A stretch of DNA of 50,134 bases from an uncultured bacterium. Its GTDB lineage: Bacteria > Desulfobacterota > JADFVX01. The stretch spans positions 1-50,134 of the forward strand of contig CBDVDA010000002.1 in the NCBI GenBank assembly GCA_965372635.1, in the 5' to 3' direction. The position numbers and the translations under genes were made by a program. Below, piece by piece: positions 46,383-50,134 of the stretch. Under the pieces are notes generated by a model that saw only the letters and a list, made by a program, of their open reading frames with translations, did no database searches and was not told where the DNA came from. Every line of letters starts with the position of its first letter. Position 1 is the first letter of the stretch.

Positions 46383-46502
46383 ACTTAATTTACAGCCGTT
46401 GTGAATTCTATTCTTGCATACACCCTTAATTCTTAAATCTTCTTCCATTAGAAACGCTTGCGAGGAGGTCTCTGGAATTAGTAAGTGCGTTACTGATGCT
46501 CT

Positions 46503-47507
46503 CTATATGTCTTTGTAAGAGATAGTCCTTTCAAACTCCTTAAACTGAACGCCATCCACCTCGATGTAGGGATCGGGGCCGAAATAATTCAGGCGATCGC
46601 CCCTCTGATTGGGCTCAAGAAGGATGTCTCTCCCCCGGCTGAACTTGACCCTGTTCTCGCAGATGGAGCCGAAGAAGTAGTCCGCCTTTTTAGGCGCTTT
46701 GTCGGCCTCCGAGATATCAACGGGAACCCACCCCTTGCCCGGCACGTAAAACTTCGCCCAGCAGTGATAGCCCCCCTTTTTTCCTTCGGGGAGGTCTTTC
46801 CCCGGCGTGAGGGGGAAACCCATCTCGAAAACCACCGGGATGCCTACGGAACGCATCATGGCTCCGAAGAAGGAATGAAAATCTGTACAGTTACCCGTCC
46901 CTTCCTTCCCTTCGTTAATGGTCAGGCAAATGCGGTTCACATCGCCCTTCCCCCATCCCGGCACCGTCTTGTTATAGGCCATCTTGTCCAGGATGTACTC
47001 ATAGGTTCCTCTCGCCTTGTCTACAATGCCTTTACGGCCCTCGGTCGCCTTGGCAGCAAATTTCCTTACCTTGTCATTGATGACGGCATACTTTGAGGGC
47101 GTAAGGTAGAGATAATAGGGATCGGACTTGCCAATGGAAGCATCGACATTCTTAAGTTTTTTGTTCCTGATCTCCGTCCTTTTCACGGTAAAGCTCATCT
47201 TCACCTCAAAATCACCGGCCCCCGCATCAGGTTTTACAAAGAGTATCCCATTACCGAACTCCTTGTCATAGTTGACCTTGGCCGGGTAAGGGCTCTCCAC
47301 CTTCATTTCGAGTATTTCCTGGGCCTCGTCATTTACCGGGTAAGGTATCCAGATGTCGACATTCCTGGCATCTGAAGGGATACCTCTTATCTTGGCGGTA
47401 TAGGTCATCTCGAAGGTACGGCTCTTCTCTTTTGCATAGAGAGAAAGAGGCCCAGAAAGCAGACAAAACAGGCCTGCAATCAACATTGTGATAAATCTTC
47501 TTTTCAA
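46503..47507 (-). CDS. Exported transglutaminase-like cysteine protease-fold protein
   Basis: The transglutaminase core Cys is in GTGNCTDFHSFFGAMMRSVGIPV, with a later His in GYHCW. I place the start at TTG 47507, giving MKRRFITMLIAGLFCLLSGPLSLYA, a typical signal peptide. AGGAG lies 8 nt upstream of it. The ORF-track start at 47570 would add 21 aa without an RBS. Confidence 0.7.
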   Translation of the reverse strand: MKRRFITMLIAGLFCLLSGPLSLYAKEKSRTFEMTYTAKIRGIPSDARNVDIWIPYPVNDEAQEILEMKVESPYPAKVNYDKEFGNGILFVKPDAGAGDFEVKMSFTVKRTEIRNKKLKNVDASIGKSDPYYLYLTPSKYAVINDKVRKFAAKATEGRKGIVDKARGTYEYILDKMAYNKTVPGWGKGDVNRICLTINEGKEGTGNCTDFHSFFGAMMRSVGIPVVFEMGFPLTPGKDLPEGKKGGYHCWAKFYVPGKGWVPVDISEADKAPKKADYFFGSICENRVKFSRGRDILLEPNQRGDRLNYFGPDPYIEVDGVQFKEFERTISYKDI

Positions 47508-47809
47508 ATTCACTTCTCCTTTTTTTAGATGGCGCAAAACCATAATGCAATCATTCCGTCGATATGTCAAATCGGTTATATCTATACCAAGTGCGCTTTG
47601 TATTCAGATTTTTTATGGGCGGTTGATTCAAATCCCAGGAACATCGTGTTCAACTATGAACAACCACGCTTAAAATGAGCTAAACTATTTCAATCACGTC
47701 CCCGTTAAGTTCCTTTTTAAATCAAGGAATATCTATTGTTTAGAATGCATAAAAGAGGTTGTATTTTTGTTCGTATCATGTAAAATTGTTACTATTTGAG
47801 GGAGATGCC

Positions 47810-49861
47810 ATGCCGAAAGTCCTCATAATCGAAGACCACGAGAAGCTCGCCCACTTCATCCAGCAATTTCTCCAGAAAAAAGGGGTCGAGGCGGATCTCT
47901 TCCTGGACGGATTCAGGGGGCTTGGCGCCTTTTCAAAAGGGGCCTACGATCTCCTCATTATCGACCTCGAACTCCCCCTCATGGACGGGAGAACGCTCTG
48001 CCAGGAGGTGCGGTCCAGCGAAAAGGGTAAAGACCTCCCCATAATAATGATGAGCGGGGCCGTCAAAGACCCTGCCGACATGGAAGCCCTTACGAAAGAA
48101 TTCAACCTCTCTGCATTTTTCACAAAACCGTTCCAGTTCGACCAGTTTGCCATCCCTGTCCGGGAGGCGCTAACCAAAAGGAAACCAGCCGCACCTCCGG
48201 CTGCGCCCTCCCCTGCACCGGAGGAGAATGCCCCGCAAGCAGTTCTAAAGGGCCGCCTAAGCGAGCGGCCCTTCGACATGGTCCTGAACCTGATCAATAA
48301 CAAAAAGCTCTCCGGCACGCTGTTGCTGAAAGGCAAAGCGAAGCGAAAAAAAATATTCTTCCTCGGCGGCGCGCCCCTCGACCTTCTCGCCTCACCGGAG
48401 GAAGAAAACTTCGGCAACTACCTCCTGCAAAAGGGGCTCGTCTCCATGGTGGAGTTGTCGGAATACGAGAGTTTGAGAAAGAAGGAGAGAGGAGACCCGC
48501 GAAACATCTTTATCCAGATGGGCTGCCTTTCGCCTGAAAAGTTTGCCGAAGAAAACAGGCACTACATCATAGACAACCTGGTGGACGCCTTTTCCTGGCA
48601 AGACGGTCTCTTTGCCTTCGAGCCGAAGCCGTCCTTCATCCCCTTCAACCATAACGCCGCCGCCGATCTCCCTCTCGTCTTCTTCACCGGTTTCGGAAAG
48701 CACGCCGCACCTGCACGGACAAACAGGTTCTTCGACGAAAAGAGCGGTTTCTTTTTAAGCAAGTCCCTCGCCTTCTACCAGTACCAGAGCCACCTCGCCG
48801 GAAACAGCCTGGCGGGAAAGCTCCTCGCCCTCATCGACGGCACGCGAACCTGTTCCGACATTATCGGCGCAGCAGGCGGAGAAGACCAGAAGGCGCTCGT
48901 CTTCCTCTTCACCCTCGACGCATTGAAGATGCTCTCCTTTTCGAAAGAGCCGAAGCAGGCGGAAAGTGCGCCCCCCTTCCCGATCCGGGAGAGGGAGGTG
49001 GTAGAAGCGGCAGCGGCCAAAGAAGACGAGTTCGAAGACCTCGGAGAGGAACTGAGCCTCCTCTCCGACGAACTGGAGGGGATCGAGACGATGCAGCAGC
49101 CCGGACCGGAGGCGGCGAGCGGCGGCGAGATGAATGCGTTGGAAGAGGAGTTAAAGGCCGAACTTGAGCGGGTCAAGGGGAAGAACTATTACGAAGTTTT
49201 CAGGATGACGCCAAACAGCTATTCCTTCAACAGCCTGAAAAAGACCTATTTCGAGATCACGCGGAAATTCAGCCCCGACAAGTTCTTCGCCAGTTCGGGT
49301 GAGATGATGAGTCTCGACGAGGAGCTCCTCTCCATCGTGGCCGAGGCCTACGAGACCCTCTCCAACGTCGTCTCCAAGGAGAGCTACGACGAGCATCTCG
49401 ACTCGCAGGAGGAGTCCTCTCTCAGTGGCGGAGAAGAAGACATAAAGATGAAGCTCCAGATCCAGTTCCAGTCGGGGAAGATCTTCCTCGAAGAGGGGCA
49501 GTACGACGGGGCGAAGAAGGCTTTTTCCAACTGCATAGAGATGGCGCCGAAGAAACCGGAATACCTCGCCTACATGGCCCTCGCCATTTACAACAACCCC
49601 GCCAACCGGGGGAGCAAGGCGACCACCACACAGGCGAAAGATCTCATCAACAAATCCCTCGCCCTCGGCAAGCTCTCCATCGCCTACGCCCTCAAAGGGG
49701 CCATCCTCTTCGACGATGGGAACCTGTCACTCGCCGAAGCGGAATTCAACAAAGCGCTCAAGATCAACCCGAACAACAGGACGTCCATGAAGAAGCTCGA
49801 AGAGATCAGGGAGAGGCGGGAGAAGGAGAAGGGCGGGCTCTTCAAGAGGATGTTCAAGTAA
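47810..49861 (+). CDS. REC-PATAN(DUF4388)-degenerate J-domain-TPR multidomain protein
   Basis: The start is taken at ATG 47810, with GGAG 5 nt upstream. REC is VLIIEDHE...LLIIDLELPLMDG...FTKPF. PATAN is LKGRLSERPFDMVLNLINNKKLSGTLLLKGKAKRKKIFFLGGAPL. The J-like segment is KNYYEVFRM...LKKTYFEITRKFSPDKF...AYETLSN..SYDEHL. TPR-like repeats sit at the C-terminus. Confidence 0.75.
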   Translation: MPKVLIIEDHEKLAHFIQQFLQKKGVEADLFLDGFRGLGAFSKGAYDLLIIDLELPLMDGRTLCQEVRSSEKGKDLPIIMMSGAVKDPADMEALTKEFNLSAFFTKPFQFDQFAIPVREALTKRKPAAPPAAPSPAPEENAPQAVLKGRLSERPFDMVLNLINNKKLSGTLLLKGKAKRKKIFFLGGAPLDLLASPEEENFGNYLLQKGLVSMVELSEYESLRKKERGDPRNIFIQMGCLSPEKFAEENRHYIIDNLVDAFSWQDGLFAFEPKPSFIPFNHNAAADLPLVFFTGFGKHAAPARTNRFFDEKSGFFLSKSLAFYQYQSHLAGNSLAGKLLALIDGTRTCSDIIGAAGGEDQKALVFLFTLDALKMLSFSKEPKQAESAPPFPIREREVVEAAAAKEDEFEDLGEELSLLSDELEGIETMQQPGPEAASGGEMNALEEELKAELERVKGKNYYEVFRMTPNSYSFNSLKKTYFEITRKFSPDKFFASSGEMMSLDEELLSIVAEAYETLSNVVSKESYDEHLDSQEESSLSGGEEDIKMKLQIQFQSGKIFLEEGQYDGAKKAFSNCIEMAPKKPEYLAYMALAIYNNPANRGSKATTTQAKDLINKSLALGKLSIAYALKGAILFDDGNLSLAEAEFNKALKINPNNRTSMKKLEEIRERREKEKGGLFKRMFK

Positions 49862-49939
49862 ATATTCTTCAGGAAATCTGATTAATAAACACTATCTCCT
49901 CCCCCACCAAGGGAGAGGGAGTGAAAAACAACAACCGGT

Positions 49940-50134
49940 TTACTCCTTGACATCTTCCTCACTCAAAGGAACCTCGATACAGAAGGTGTTTCCCTTTTCA
50001 GATGATTGTTCGAGATCGATGCAACCACCCATCAGTTCGATCAACTGCTTCGATATGGCGAGCCCAACCCCCATCCCCTGAAGCGCCGTGTCCGTCCCCC
50101 CTATCCGAACGAAGGGTTTAAAAAGACTTTCCCT
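49940..50134 (-). CDS. C-terminal end of a histidine kinase (HATPase_c); the 5' part lies outside the window
   Basis: The minus-strand translation is ...ESLFKPFVRIGGTDTALQGMGVGLAISKQLIELMGGCIDLEQSSEKGNTFCIEVPLSEEDVKE*. It contains the G2 box GMGVGLAI and a typical HK tail. Confidence 0.7.
   Translation of the reverse strand, partial: RESLFKPFVRIGGTDTALQGMGVGLAISKQLIELMGGCIDLEQSSEKGNTFCIEVPLSEEDVKE

Noticed and set aside
42973-46487. Identical 11-mer attagtaagtg at 42973-42983 and 46477-46487, with a related sequence near 41350, considered as a shared operator for the HK-cytochrome-HK block
   Set aside because: Many exact 11-mer coincidences are expected by chance in 50 kb of two-stranded sequence, on the order of hundreds of pairs. 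There is no dyad symmetry or consistent spacing to the starts.
47759-47809. TTG start at 47759 given by the ORF track for the REC-PATAN-J-TPR gene
   Set aside because: The 17 extra residues (MYFCSYHVKLLLFEGDA) precede a good GGAG-ATG context at 47810. The receiver domain begins right at MPKVLIIED, so the upstream extension is unlikely to be translated.

Overview
50.1-kb bacterial chromosomal window dominated by signal transduction. No rRNA, tRNA or CRISPR array was seen. Genes from about 36.4 kb down to position 1 are almost all on the minus strand.

Gene content, left to right:
- A truncated ExeA/GspA-like AAA+ ATPase sits 6 nt after a cheA. It follows a PATAN(DUF4388)-REC-GAF gene, cheY and cheA. 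This is Che module 1, with no cheW or MCP.
- Two tandem PP-loop ATPases, one of them LarE-like.
- A visibly AT-rich ~5-kb island at about 7163-12187. It carries an MBOAT acyltransferase, an SGNH/DltD-like partner and a secreted repeat protein. It is bracketed by diverged direct repeats that include the last 94 nt of cheB. An intact IS5/IS1182-type IS (12300-13848) is inserted 11 nt from the real cheB stop.
- cheB, followed by a dense two-component array: REC-GAF-HK, HAMP-HK overlapping a PhnD-like binding protein, REC-REC-HD-GYP, a single REC and a hybrid HK.
- Che module 2: CheY-like RR, a sensor-less MCP, a long HEAT-repeat protein, cheR, cheY, a short cheA, an NIT-MCP, a double-PilJ MCP, an extended CheW, a ParA-like ATPase and a 160-aa partner.
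- tsaC, then a CCG-subunit (type E-like) succinate dehydrogenase/fumarate reductase.
- A plus-strand block of PAS-HK, membrane-anchored decahaem-type cytochrome c and periplasmic-sensor HK, with AT-rich HK genes.
- A transglutaminase-like exported protein, a REC-PATAN-degenerate-J-domain-TPR protein and a truncated HK C-terminus.

The gene content suggests an anaerobic Desulfobacterota-, Myxococcota- or Nitrospirota-like organism. That is inference only.

Best candidates for something undescribed:
1. The ParA-like ATPase with a 160-aa partner carrying a Spo0J-like N-terminal peptide, embedded with an extended CheW in the HEAT-repeat Che cluster.
2. The island flanked by cheB 3'-end repeats.
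3. The HK / multihaem cytochrome / HK block, which has no response regulator.
4. The cheA to ExeA-like ATPase coupling.
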